From the NCBI RefSeq assembly GCF_963921235.1, contig NC_086097.1, positions 232,130,001-232,194,000 of the forward strand: a stretch of 64,000 nt of DNA. The letters are read 5' to 3'. The notes beneath the pieces were generated by a model. That model saw nothing but the letters and a program-made list of their open reading frames with translations. It made no database searches and was not told the origin of the DNA. A program made the position numbers and the translations under genes. Source of the stretch: Mobula hypostoma (Eukaryota). Shown here one piece after another: positions 11,901 to 24,754 of the stretch (position 1 is the first letter of the stretch; each line of letters starts with the position of its first letter).

Positions 11901-13045
11901 AACTGGCTTGCCCACAGAAGGTAAAGAGTGGTTGTAGATTGGTCATATTCTGCATGGAGGTCGGTGACCAGTGGTGTGCCTCAGGGATCTGTTCGAGGAC
12001 CACTACTCTTTGTGTTTCATATAAATGATCTGGATGTGGAAGTGGAGGGATGGGTGAGTAAATTTGCTGATGACACAAAGGTTGGGGATGTTGTGGATAG
12101 TGTGGAGGGCTGTCAGAGACATTGATAGGATGCAAAACTGGGCTGAGAAGTGGCAAATGGAGTTCCACCCAGATAATTGTGAGGTGGTTCATTTTGGTAG
12201 GTCAAATATGATGGCAGAATATAGTATTAATGGTAAGACTCCTAACAGTGTGGTGGATAAGAGGGATCTTGGGGTCCAAGTCCATAGGACACTCAAAGCT
12301 GCTGCGCAGGTTGACTCTGTGGTTAAGAAAGCATTCAGTGCATTGGCCTTCATCAATCGTAGGATTGAGTTTAGGAGCTGAGAGGTAATGTTGCAGCTAT
12401 ATAGGACCCTGGTCAGACCATACTTGGAGTACTGTGCTCAGTTCTGGTCACCTCACTATAGGAAGGATGTGAAAACCATAGAAAGGGTGCAGAAGAGACT
12501 TACAAGGATGTTGCCTGGAATGAGGAGCATGCCTTATGAGAACAGGTTGAGTGAACGTCGCCTTTTTCCTTGGAGCAATGGAGTATGAGAGGTGACCTGA
12601 TGGAGGTGTATAAAATGATGAGAGGCATTGATTGTGTGGATTGTCATAGGCCTTTTTCAAGGGCTGAAATGACTAACACGAAAGGGCACAGTTTTAAGTT
12701 TGTTGGAAGTAGGTAAGAGGAAGAGGAGTAAGTTTTTTACACAGAGAGTGGTGAGCTCGTGGAATGGACTGCTGGAGACGGTGGTGGAGGTGGAACGATA
12801 GGGTCTTTTAAGACACTCCTGGACAGGTACATGGAGCTCAGAAAAATAGAGGGCTGTGGGTAACCCTAGGTAATTTCTAAAGTTAAGGATATGTTCAGCA
12901 CAGCTTTGTGGGCCAATGGGCCTGTATTTGCTGTAGGTTTTCCATGTTTTTAATTTGCCCACCACTGAAGTAAGACTCAATGGTCCATACTTTCCTGGGT
13001 TATCTGTATTCGCTTTCTTGAACAAATAAATGTTCTTGAACATTG
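8928..13045 (-). mobile_element. CR1 LINE 3' half (8928-10163 plus 12950-13045), nested in the outer CR1
   Basis: ORFs 9029-9295, 9750-9956 and 9940-10167 encode RT pieces. AATCTTCTCCAACAA at about 10163 continues as TAATTTGCCCACCACTGAAG at 12951. Confidence 0.85.
10164..12949 (+). mobile_element. CR1 LINE (end of ORF1 through the tail), innermost nested copy
   Basis: ORFs 10432-11061 (FYRPPNS, VGDFNFPNI, SDH), 11388-11900 (KSPGPD, NYRPVSL, YMDLSKAFDKVPH), 11928-12588 (GVPQGSV, KFADDTK). Confidence 0.93.
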
Positions 13046-15319
13046 TTTCTTGAACAACATCGAAGTTCCATGTACTAAATTCATCACTTTTACCCATAAT
13101 ACTCTTAGCATTAAAATATGCACACACTTCATATTAGTTGTTTCTATTTCTTTACTCCTGTCTGTTTTTACTGGCCCTGACATCTACCTTCCTCTTCACC
13201 CCTTCACTCTCTAATCTGGTGCTCTGGTTCCCATCTCCTTCCAAGCTAATTTAAACCCTCCTGAGCAGCAGTGGCAAACCTCCCAGCCAGGATATTGTTT
13301 CCTCTTCAGTTTAGGTGCAATGTGTCTCTCTCTTGTCACCCCTGCCCCAGGAAAGTTTCCAATTATACAAGAAGCTGAAACCCTGCCCTCTGCACCAGTT
13401 CCTCAGCCACTCGTTCATCTGTACTACCATCCCGTTCCTAGCTTGACCGGCATGTGGCATTGGGAGTAATCCAGAGATGACTATCTTGGAGATCTTGGAG
13501 TTCAGTCTCTTCCCTGACTCCCTATACTCACTGTACAAGACCTCTTTCCCATTTCAACCTCTGGCATTGATGCCAATATGCACCACAACCTCCCCCTTGA
13601 GAATATTCTACATCCGCTCTGAGACATCTTTGACCCTAGCACCTGCCAGGCAATGCACTGTCCTGGCATCTCTTTCACAGCCACAGAATCGCCTGTCTGT
13701 CCCATAACTATTGAGTCTCCTATCACTATCACTATTACTCTGTCTGGCTTTACCCTTCCCTGCTGAGCCTCAGCTGGCCACATGGTCACTGGCCCGGCTG
13801 CTGCTGTCGTGCCCCATCAGCATTCTCCAGAGGGTTATACTTGTTGTTGAGGGGAATAGCCCTGGGGGATCCCAGCACTGCCTGCTTACTTCCTTTACTT
13901 TCCCTGGTGGTCACCCATCCACTATCTCTGCACTCTGGGTGTGATCACCTCAGGAAATGTCTCATCTATGAGTTTTTCAGCTTCCCGGGATGTCCTGACT
14001 ACATCCAGCACCAGCTCCAGTTCCTTGAGCTTGTCTGAGCTTGGGTGCACTTCCTGCAAATGTGGTCATGAGTGAGACCGTTAGGTATTCTGCAGTCCCA
14101 CATCTTACCAGAGGAGCATTCCGCTAGCATTCCTGCCTACACTTGTTATACCTTTGGCTCTGACTTCTCAAGCTTAAGTTGTACCATCAAATAAATGACT
14201 CCAATAGACTCAGCACCCTTAGCCTCTGTCTGTCCTCACTGAAGCCAGTTTAGCCAAAGCCTGACAATGGCTCTCTCCAACAATGGCTGCTCCACTTAAA
14301 ACCTAATTTCCTTTTACTGGCACTTGCTAGGTTATTAATAACCCAAGAAATCTCCTGCTCCACAGACAAGTCCCAACAGGCACCACTCACTTTTTAAAAC
14401 TGGTTTTCCTTTCTGATCTGATAGCACCTTGGTTAAAAATTCCATTTACTCTTGTCGGCCAGTGGATTTAATACCTTTAATGTCCAGGAAATATCATTCA
14501 TAGTTTTGAAACAAAATTGAAATGTAAAATTGAGATTATTTCAAATGATATATGTAATACACGCAGTGCTGTGCAAATGACATCAGTAAACTACAGTTTG
14601 TCCTCCTCCTGAATAAATTGAATTTAGGTCTGAAGTGAAATTGATTTGGAGTTAAATAGTTTTTCGTTTTAGTCTATTTATACATATATGCATCTTCACT
14701 TTGATCTCCGAAAATGATTTATGGTAAAATCACCAAGTAAGTCTTCACTTTCACTTTATTTTGGTATCAACTTGTTTACTTTTGTAATGTGTTACAACTT
14801 TATTTGAAGGTCGGATAATCGGTAAGCAACACTGATTCAGATTGCGTGCTTAGTGTTGATATGTAACCTGTGTGCATGATTCTTTGAATATGAAATCTTT
14901 GATTCCAATTGAATCACAAAACAGAGTTATCAAATAGAAATTAAACATTTCCCAACAGGAAGAAATAAAAAAGACTTAAGACCAAAAACTCTGCGTATGG
15001 ATTGAAAGCGAGATAACTCCGCTTTGCAACAGCATTTTAGTTCCCACTTTGGCTTAAGAGGAAAGGAATAAACATTGACAAGTTATCAGTTTGAACAACA
15101 GCTTACAGGTAAGCAGGCTCTGAATGAAGACCTGCAATAGAGAGCAGTAACTCAACAGAGAATAAAGAGGCAAGGGGTGTTTTCTCAAAAATAGGGTGCA
15201 AACTCCAGCACATTATTGCTCTGCCATCTTGTTTACAAACTGCTCCACGTGTCAAACAAGTGAACAGCATGTTGGGCAGAGGATTCGTGCAGTAAGGCTG
15301 ACTGATAGTAATTTTCTTC

Positions 15320-15932
15320 TATAAATTCTTCCAAAGATGCATAGTGAAGAGTATCCTGACTGGTTGCATTATGGTCCGGTATGGAAACACCAACACCCAA
15401 GAACTGAAAACCCTACAAAAAGTGGTGGATGCAGCCCAGTCCATCACAGGCAAAACCCTCCGTGACACTGAGCATATCTACAAGGTGCACTACTGCAGGA
15501 AAGCAGTATCCATCTTCAAGGACACCCACCATCCAGGCCATACTGTCTTCTCGTTGCTGCCATCAGAATACTGGTACAGGAGTCCTTGGTCCCACACCCC
15601 CAGGTTCAGGAACAGTTACTACCCTTCAATCATCAGGCTCCTGATCCAGTGTGGATAATTTCACTCACCTCAGCACTGAACCAACCTATGGACTCACCTT
15701 CAGGGACTCTATAACTCATGTTCTCGGTATTATTTATTTATTCATTCATTTACTATTATTTGATTTTTTTGTATTTGCACTTTGATTGATTGTTGGTTGC
15801 CTTGCATAGTTTTTCATTGATTCTAATATTCTACTGTGAATACCTGCAAGAAAATTAATCTCAGGGTAGTATATGATGGCGTACAGTGTAAGCACATAGA
15901 TAATAAATTTATTTTGAATATTGAACTTTGAC
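15320..15932 (+). mobile_element. Rex1/Babar-type LINE 3' fragment
   Basis: ORF 15344-15658 (SILTGCIMV.YGN..HHPGHTVFSLLPS..RFRNSYYP) and the shared tail. Confidence 0.85.
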
Positions 15933-16571
15933 CTTTCCCCCCTCTATCCAGTAGGATATCTGGCACATTTTGTGAAAAGCTGCCTTGAGCAATTCATTAA
16001 GGGTATACAGATAATACAGCAAAGGGAATGAATCTAACAGGCTGATATTCTCATACCAAATCCATTGAGCTCTGTTACACTTGATTTAAGCGGTTAGATT
16101 GCTGCTCGCAGGTAAATGGAATAAATGCGCATGTATAAATTAACTGAAGTATGTAAGACTACTGCTCAGTTGGGCAAGGTGGTTCTGTAGGACATATTCT
16201 GGAATTAGAGCATATAGCAAATATTTACTTTAGCAACTAATCTTGAGATCTGTAGATTAAATTTAAAATGCAGTCCTGGACAATGGCTTCCAGGAGCCGT
16301 GAATACCAGTTAATTGAAAACCAGGCAATGCTGATGAACATTATTTTGGTGTCTGCAGTGTAGGTGCGAAGAAGGAGGTGTGAACATTATATGTAATTCA
16401 GAGGAAGCATTGTAGGTACATTATAAGTATAGAATTGTCCTGTTGCTACCTTTGATCTCTAGCATATAATATGGGATCACACAGATCTCTTCCTCCAAGA
16501 GTGTCTCATTTTGTTGAATCCACTCTGTGTCCACTAGCTTCAATGTCTCTCTGGTGACGTTGCTCATGCTG

Positions 16572-18118
16572 AGTTGCACCCTAGGGTTCTGAAGGAGATG
16601 GTGATAGAAATTGTGGGTTCATTAGTAATGATCTTTTAAAAATCATTGGACTCTAGCATGTTGCCAGAGGACTTGAAAATTACAATTGTCACTCCACTCT
16701 TTAAGAGAGGAGGAAGGAAGCAGAAAGGAAATTATCAACCAGTTAGCCTGACCTCAGTGTTTGGGAAGACATTGGAGTCAATTGTTAAGGATGAAGTTAT
16801 GCAGTACTTGGTGACACAGGACGAGGTAGGACAAAGTCCGGCATCATTTTCTTAAGGGAAAATCTTGCGTGACAAACCTGTTGGAATTCTTAAAGGAGAT
16901 TACAAGTAGGATAGATAAAGGGGATGAAGTAGATATTGCATATTTGGATTTTCAGAAGGCCTTTGACAAGGTGCCATACATGAGGCTGCTTACTAATTTA
17001 AGAGCCCATGGTATTACAGGAAAGTTACTGGCATCGTTAGAGAATTGGCTGATTGGTAGGAGGCAGCAAGTGGGAATAAAATTATCCTTTTGTGGTTGGC
17101 TGCCAGTGACTAGTAATGTTCTACAGGGGTTGGTGTTGGGATTGCATCTTTTTTATGCTGTATATAAATGATTTAGATGATGGAATAGATGGCTTTGTTG
17201 CCAAGTTTGCAGGTGGTACGAAGATTGGTGGAGGGGCAGGTAGTATTGAGGAAGCCAAAAAGCTGCAGAAGGACTTAGACAGATTAGGAGAAAGGGCAAG
17301 AAAGTAGCAAACAAAATACGGTGTTGGTAAATGCACGGTCATGCACTTTGGGAGAAGAAATAAATGTGCAGACTATTTCCTAAATGGGGAGAAAATCCAA
17401 AAATCTGAGATGCAAAGGGACTTGGGAGGCCTTGTACAGAACACCTTAAAGGTTAACTTACAGGTAGATTCGATGATGAGGAAGGCAAATGCAATGTCAG
17501 CATTCATTTCAAGAGGTCTAGAATACAAGATCAAGGATGTGATGCTGAGGCTTTATAAGGCACTGGTGAGGCCTCACTTTGAGTATTGTGAACAGTATCG
17601 GGCTCCTCATCTTAGAAAAGATGTGCTGGCATAGGAGAGGGTCCAGAGGATGTTCACAAGGATGATTCCAGGAATGAAAGAGTTGTTTTGAGGAAGGTTT
17701 GATCGCTCTGGGTCTCTACTTGATGGAATCTAGAATGGATCTCATTGAACCCTTTCGTACGTTGAAAGGCCTAAAGAGAGTAGATATGGAAAGGATGTTT
17801 CCCATGGTGGGAGAGTCTAGGACAAGAGGGCACAGCCTCAGGATAGAGGTGCATCCATTTAAAACAGAGGTGCAGAGAAGTTTCTTTAGCCAAAGAGTGG
17901 TGAATTTGTGGAATTTGTTGCAGCTGTGGAGGCCAGGTAATTGGGTGTATTGAAGTCAGAGATTGATACGTTCTTGATTGGATATAGCATCAAAGATTAT
18001 GGGGAGAAGGCTGGGCTGAGGAGCGGAGAAAAAAGATCAGCAATGATTGAATAGAGGAGCAGACTCGATGGGCCCAAAGGCCTAATTCTATCCCTATGTC
18101 TTATGGTCTTATGGTCTC
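16572..18118 (+). mobile_element. CR1 LINE 3' half (RT domain), decayed
   Basis: ORFs 16646-17953 with YLDFQKAFDKVP and LVRPHFEYC. Ends in a (TCTTATGG)n tail. Confidence 0.92.
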
Positions 18119-18654
18119 TGCTACAGCAGTTCATCGCATATGAGATGGGATGATCAGCCAGTTTCCATATGATAAATTCCATATATGATATAATGTAGGA
18201 ATCAATATCATGTAAATTAGATTTGAAAATACATATTATAACTTATATGGTTATTTTAGAGAGTGCTGTTTATGGCTTTAAATCCTGAAACAATGAGATC
18301 CTGACTTTGTGGCTCATTGAAGGCAAAATCATTTTGATTTCTCTTCAAATTCACATCTGTTGATTTCCGTGGGATTTTATGGACACGGATTTATTTAGAA
18401 CTTGGGATGTATACAAATTAATTTGTTACCTTCTTTCAACTTATATGGAACTTGATGTGTGGTATATGCCAATGCAGCCTATGAAGACAAAAGCTTTGGA
18501 ACCTCTTCTTTGTAATTTGTACTTCATCTTCTTCCGTACATATCCATAGCATAGTGCTTTCCTCATACAATTGTAACGTAAATGATAATTTCAATAGCAA
18601 CTTGCTTTATACCTATGACGGTGCCACTGAGAACAGCTATTCAAGTTTGCGGAC

Positions 18655-18942
18655 ACCACTGCTATTAGACCTATTGACTCACTTTCAAGGACTCCACAAC
18701 TCATTTTTGCAGTTTTGTTTGTTTGTTTGTTTATTTATTTATTTAAACTGTTCCTTTTGTATTTGCACAGCTTGTCTTTCCCACATCGGTTGTTTGTCGG
18801 TCTTTGCTCGTGTGTTGTTTTTCATTGTTTCTATTCTACTTCTCGGTTTGTAATGTGAATGCCTACAAGAAAAATAAATCTCAGGGTAGTATGTGGTGAC
18901 ATATGTGTACTTCTATAATAAATTTACTTTGAACTTTGAACT
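18655..18942 (+). mobile_element. Rex1-type 3' UTR fragment
   Basis: AATCTCAGGGTAGTATGTGGTGACATAT..AATAAATTTACTTTGAACTTTGAA tail. Confidence 0.7.
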
Positions 18943-19482
18943 TTTAACGGTACGATTCCTAGTACTGTTTTGCTGGTATGAAACATAAGAGAGCAGTATT
19001 GAAATTTGGACTATGAATGACTCTGGAAGCATATGCTCCCTAAATGTTACTTACATAGCAGCATACTGCATGATACATTGTCATCCTGTTGCATATGTCC
19101 ATACAACAGTAGTCTGAAATGAGAGAAATGTTTCATTTCCCTAACTGTTTTTTTGAAGGAGTATTACATTCCAAAAGTTACTTAGGACATTGTAAACTAA
19201 AGTAAAATAGACCACAAGAAAACAATTGACATTTGATCAGTAATTGACTGCCATGGGTAACAAGATATTGACACAAGATCTTTGGGTCAATTGGTCTTGT
19301 TGCACTTCTTTTTAAATACGGTGACTTATTATAAACAAAATGGGGGTAATTTTAATTTAATTGTTGTGTGAAAATAGTAAGGAACATAACATCTACCTGT
19401 AAATATGACAGATTCTTGCTGGGACATGAATTCAGTTTGCCGGCTTGATCGTCTGTATCCAAAGTCAAAGTCAGAGTAAATT

Positions 19483-20326
19483 CAAAGTTCAAAGTACATT
19501 AAACATCAAAGTATGTATGCAGTTTTCAACCCTGAGATTCGTCTTCTCCTCAGACAACCACGAAGCAAAGAAAACCATGGAACTTGTTGAAAGAAAAACA
19601 TCATTGACCCAAATGGCAACAAAAAAGAGTGAAAAACACAGAATATAGAACACAAAATCGAAAGAGTCCAGGCATATTTAGTTCAGCTCAGTGTTCACTG
19701 TCTGCTGGCCACCCCGATTAGCATTGGCCAATATAACAACAAAAAAAGGAGCTACCAGAAACCAGAAACACATCATTAAGTGAACTGCAGAGGCCATTCC
19801 TCAAACTGTGTTGATCAAACTTTGCCCAAGACCCAGGACTCCAACACCATTCTCCAACGGAATTGAAGGAGAGAAAGACCATTGGAACGCAGGGACCTTC
19901 CTCCGGAAAGAGAGAGAGAGACTGTCACATGCAAACTCCTCCCTTCGGCAGCAGTTACAGCGATGCTGGTAGATGGCGCGGAACACCCGCCCACCTTCCG
20001 CACTCACCTCCATGATTTTAATCTTCCTTGGCACTTTAACCAATGAGATCAGCGAGAAATGGAGCCAATCAGGGGCTTGCTCCCTGTCTCCAGACTTCTT
20101 GGCCTCAAGGTCACACGCCTCACAGAATCCTTTCGGAGACAGCAACATGCCAGATCACTCAACCAGCCTGAAAAAACACCATCAAAATGTAGATTGCAGG
20201 CTCCCAGAACCACATCTGAAAGAAAAAGAAGACGAGAAAGAAGTGAAAGAAGCCGTTTTGTGAACCGTCTGGAGGAAGTCACCTTTAGCCAAGTTGGTCA
20301 CTGGCGCCATCTTCTTCCGTACTGAC
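19483..20326 (-). mobile_element. Family Y non-tRNA SINE-like element, inserted in a Rex1-type tail
   Basis: Minus-strand 5' end reads GGAAGAAGATGGCGCCAGTG, followed by a unique body and a Rex1-type tail (GAATCTCAGGGTTG..TACTTTGAT..TACTTTGAACTTTG). The host tail resumes at 20327. Confidence 0.6.
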
Positions 20327-20770
20327 CAAAGTACGTATATGTTACCATATACGACTTCGAGATTCATTTCCTTTCAGGCATTTATGGGAGAATAAAGAAA
20401 TACAATAGATTTTATGGAAAAAAGACGCATCAGCGTATGTCTACTACGCAAATAAAAAAATATATACGCAAACAAGAACGCGAGTTGTAGAGACCTTGAA
20501 AGAGAGCATATAAGCTTGCAGAATCAGTTCAGAGTCGAGGTGAGTGAAGTTATCCATGCTGCTTCAAGAGCCTGATGGTTGTAGTGCAATAACTGTTCCT
20601 GAACCTGGTGGTGTGGGCCTGATGGTAGCAACAAGAAGAGAGCATGGCCTGGATGGCGGGAGGCCCGGATGCTATTTTTTTATTGCCAGAACTCTTGTGT
20701 AAATGTGCTGAATGGAGCTGAGGGTGTTGCCTGTGACAGACTGGGCTGTATCTACTTTTTACTGTAGGGT
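20327..20770 (-). mobile_element. Rex1/Babar-type LINE 3' fragment
   Basis: ORF 20550-20774 ends HTTRFRNSY..TIRLL and is followed by the shared tail. Confidence 0.75.
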
Positions 20771-23377
20771 GCACCAGCTCTCCTCTCCATTATCCAGACC
20801 CCAGTCTGCTTAACTAGGTATTCATTAGAAGCACATTGCTCATCTTCCAATCCTCTAAAGTCAAATTAATTAGGCTTAATCTCCCTTGATTAAGATGTTT
20901 TTATTTGCTCTTTCTTTACAGAGCAAATGTGATTTTTCATTTAACGCTGATAAACAAATACACAAGGCCAACGTTACACTCAGAGGCCTGCATAAGTGCA
21001 TCCAGTCAACGAGCCTGATTAATCTTTCTCTTCCTGGAATCAAAAAGCCATTCCTTACAGGTATGTAAAAACTTCAGTTGGGACATTTGCCCTAAATTCT
21101 GACCTTGCATTTGCAGCGTGTTCAACCACAAAATCACAAAGCGTCAGTTCAAAGAAAAAAAATGGATTTCATTTTCTGCAGGCCTCCACACTCGACAGAG
21201 AGCACAGTGATTTCTTCTTTGACCCTCTGCTACCATGGTGTAATTGGCAGTTTAAACAGTAATTGGCCTTAAATCATTGATCATATTGTTGACACATTGT
21301 TTGATGTGGCTAGCCAGGTATGTGGGTGGGCTGGAAGGGGTCTGTTTCAGTTGGCACTCACTTCACCCATAATCCCAGAAATCTTTCGGTAAACAGGTGA
21401 TTCAAAGTAAGGTTATCAAAGGTCGTCAAAACTGAAATGTACCTCTAGAAGAACAGGCTCAAGAAAATGCAATTTAGAGATTCATAGCCACAAAATGAAT
21501 TAATCAGCAGAAGCTGAAATTTGGTAAGTCCATTAAAGCTTGTTTTAAATTTATACAAGTTTGAACATTGTTTTTCAAATATTGATATAATAAGCAAATA
21601 TTCAAGAAAATTTCATTAATAAACACTATTTGCAAATTAAACTTATAGAATCATACAGAGATGAGGCTCAGGAACAGGCCTTTTAGCCCTCCAAGGCTGC
21701 GCTAATCATCAACTATCTATTCATCTGTTGATCCGAAATCCAGGTACGACTTACAGAAGGTTGCTTGAAGGGCAAAGAAACAATTCTGATTGAGGTCAGA
21801 GACAGAATTGGATGCACGTCAGCTGTGGCTGGGATTGCAGGCCATTACCTCCAACAAGGCCGTCACTGAGTGACTGGGCCTGTGTTGGAGAGGGGAGTTG
21901 AGAGGCTTTGGTGAGGAGAGACGTAGGCCGTAGGTGGAGTTCTCCTTTGTTATTTATTGTTTGGTTCTTATTGCACATTTAGGGCAGTGGAGATGGCACA
22001 AAGGAATAAAGGATAGTGGAATGTAGGAAGTTGTCCAGTGCCCCTGACGATTACACCTGTAAGAAGTACATCCTGCTGCGGCTTCTAGCCGACTGTGTTA
22101 AGGAGTTGGAACTGGAACTTGATCATTCGGGAGGCTGAGGGGTTGATAGACAGGACAGCCAGAGAGATAGTTACACCCAAGGTACACGACACAGGTAACT
22201 GGGTGGCCGTCAGGGGGGGAGAAAGGGGATAGGCAGCCAGTGCAGAGTACCCCTGTGGGGTTCCTTTCAACATCAGGTGTACCGATTTGTAAACTGTTGG
22301 GAGGATGACCAGTTTGAGTAAAATCAGAGTTGTCATGTCTCTGGCACTGAGTCTGATTCTGTGGCTCAGAAGAGAAGAGGGAAGAATAGACAAACCGTGG
22401 TGATAGGGGATTCATTGCTTAGGAGAACAGAAAGGAGGCTCTGTGGATGACAGCAGGATTCCCAGATGGTATGTTGCCTCCCAGGGTCAGATTGAGTCCA
22501 CAGCATTCTTCAGTGGAGGGTGAGCAGCTAGAGACCTTGGTCCATATCGGTACCAATGACATGGGTAGAATGGGTAATGAGGTTCTGCAAAGTGAGTTCA
22601 GGGAGTTTGGTGCTATATTAAAGGACGGGGCCTCCGGAGATGTGATCTTCGGACTGCTACCAGTGCCATGTGCTAGGAAGGTCAGAAATTGGGAGAGCTC
22701 CTGAACAGAGAGTGGAGCTCTTGTGGAGAAATATGCTGTTAAGCCTACATACGAAGTCAGGAATCAAGAAATCAAGCATGGTGGGACTAATATTCTGAGC
22801 TCCATATATTTCAATGTAAGGAGTATTGTAGGAAAGGCGGATGAGCTTAGGGCATGGATCAGCATGTGGAATTATGACGTTGTAGCCATTAGTGAGATTT
22901 GGTTGCAGAAGGGGCAGGGCTGGCAGTTCCACGTTCCAGGGTTTCATTGTTTTAGACGTGTTAGAGCACGAGGGATTAAAAGGGTGGCATTAGTAGTCAG
23001 GGAAAGTGTCATGACAGAGCTCAATCCGGACAGAATGGAGAGCTCGCCCACTGAGACTTTATGGGCAGAACTGAGGAATAAGAAAGGTATAACCATGTTA
23101 ATGGGATTATATTGTTGACCACCCAACAGTCTGCAGAATTTAGAGGTGCAAATTTGTAGAAATATCGCAGACTGTGGCAAGAAACATAAGGTAGGTGATT
23201 TTTGCTTTCCAATTATAGGACTCCCAAACTGTAAAAGGGCTGGATGGGAAAGAGTGTGTCAAATATGTATTGATAAGTTTCCTTAATCAATACATAGAAA
23301 TTCCAATTAGAGAGAGTGTGATACCACATCTACTATCAAGGAATGAGACAGGGCATATAACAGAAGGTTGTGTAGGG

Positions 23378-24754
23378 CAGGGGTCCCCAACCTTATTTGC
23401 ACCGCAGACCGATTTAATGTTGTCAATATTCTTGCTGGTGTTAATCATGACCGTAATATAGGTGAAACTATGTCACTTATAAGTGGCTAATAATCTACTC
23501 AATTTTGTTTCTAAAAGGGTTTATCTAACGAATTTAATATTAAACACACAGCACATATTTTCCCTGTATGAACATATAAAATCATTGCAACACACCAATA
23601 TTGCTGAATCAATGGGAGCCCTGGGCTTATTTCCCTGCAACAAGACGGTCCCATCGAGGGGTGATGGGAGACAGTGATACTAAAAGGGGGTTCCTTATGT
23701 CCAGTCTATTCCGCAATTTAGTTCTCATTGCACTCATTGCAGAAAATCCCGTTTCGCAGAGATATGATGTTGGAAATGGAAGAAACATTTTCAGTGCTTT
23801 CGTGGCTATCTCAGGATATTCAGCCTTGACTTTGATCCAGAATGCCGGCAGAGATGTTATGTCAAACATACTTTTCAGCCCACCATCATTTGCAAGCTCG
23901 AGGAGTTGATCTTCTTCCCGCACTGACATGGATGATTCACCAGAGACATTCACAAATGGGTCACAGACCCATTCCTTTGCACGTCTTGGGTCATTTGCGG
24001 TTGGGAAGTAACACTCAAATTCTGTCGAGGGCGAAGTTGGGTGATCGCGCACCAGCTGTGAGAAAGACGGTGCAGCCTCAGTCTCTCCCAAAATCCCAGC
24101 TAATGTTGGGGACATGTCAAATATGCCCCTGTCCACCCGCCGTCCCCACATTTCCAGTTTAGCTTTGAAAGCAGACACTTTATCTGCCAACTTGAAGACA
24201 GTTGTCATTCTCCCCTGAAGTGACATATTGAGTTCATTGAGCAGGTTGAAGATGTCACACAGATAAGCGAGTTTTGCTATCCACTGCTCATCACTGAAGT
24301 GTGCTGCCAGTGGTGACCTTTTTCCTGAAAGAAATCTCTGTAGCGATTAGACAGCTATCACACACATATCACACACAGGGGGCTTGGAGCGTGCGAGTCA
24401 CCAGTTGCAATAAAGCCATATTTTATGAACAACTCGTCGTATTTTCTGTTGAAGGAAGCTTTGTTTTTTTTTGCAGTGTCTGCCTCAGCTGTCTCTGTGT
24501 TATCATCATCGTAGGCCTTTTATGTCCCCTACCACCTCTTCCAAAGAAACTCTCAAGCGACGTTTGTTTTTTTACTCATACCGACTGATGACCTCGCGTG
24601 CGTAATGACCTCGCGTGGGTTCAAGCTCAACAGTGGGCGTGACAGGGAATGAGGAAAGGTGCAGCTGACCCTTATCGCTTCATATCGCCAAATCATATCG
24701 TTTCCTCGCGGCCCGGTAGCATATGCTTTGCGGCCCGGTGGTTGGGGACTGCTG
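23378..24754 (-). mobile_element. hAT DNA transposon of the Buster/Charlie group, internally deleted
   Basis: TIRs CAGGGGTCCCCAACC / GGTTGGGGACTGCTG. 8-bp TSD GTGTAGGG at 23370-23377 and 24755-24762. ORF 23627-24226 carries the hAT dimerisation domain (LPAFWIKV..YPEIA..LPFPTSYLCETGFS). Confidence 0.95.

Larger units (their letters stand above)
5363..14400 (-). mobile_element. Near-full-length decayed CR1 LINE acting as outer host. Segments about 5363-5627, 6825-8927 and 13050-14400, with internal deletions
   Basis: 3' tail at about 5363, RT C-terminus (ORFs 6978-7434), endonuclease 8100-8920, ORF1 esterase (VIVIGDSIV, ORF 13502-13789) and Cys-rich N-terminus at about 14050-14110. The sequence resumes across each insertion. 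Confidence 0.8.
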
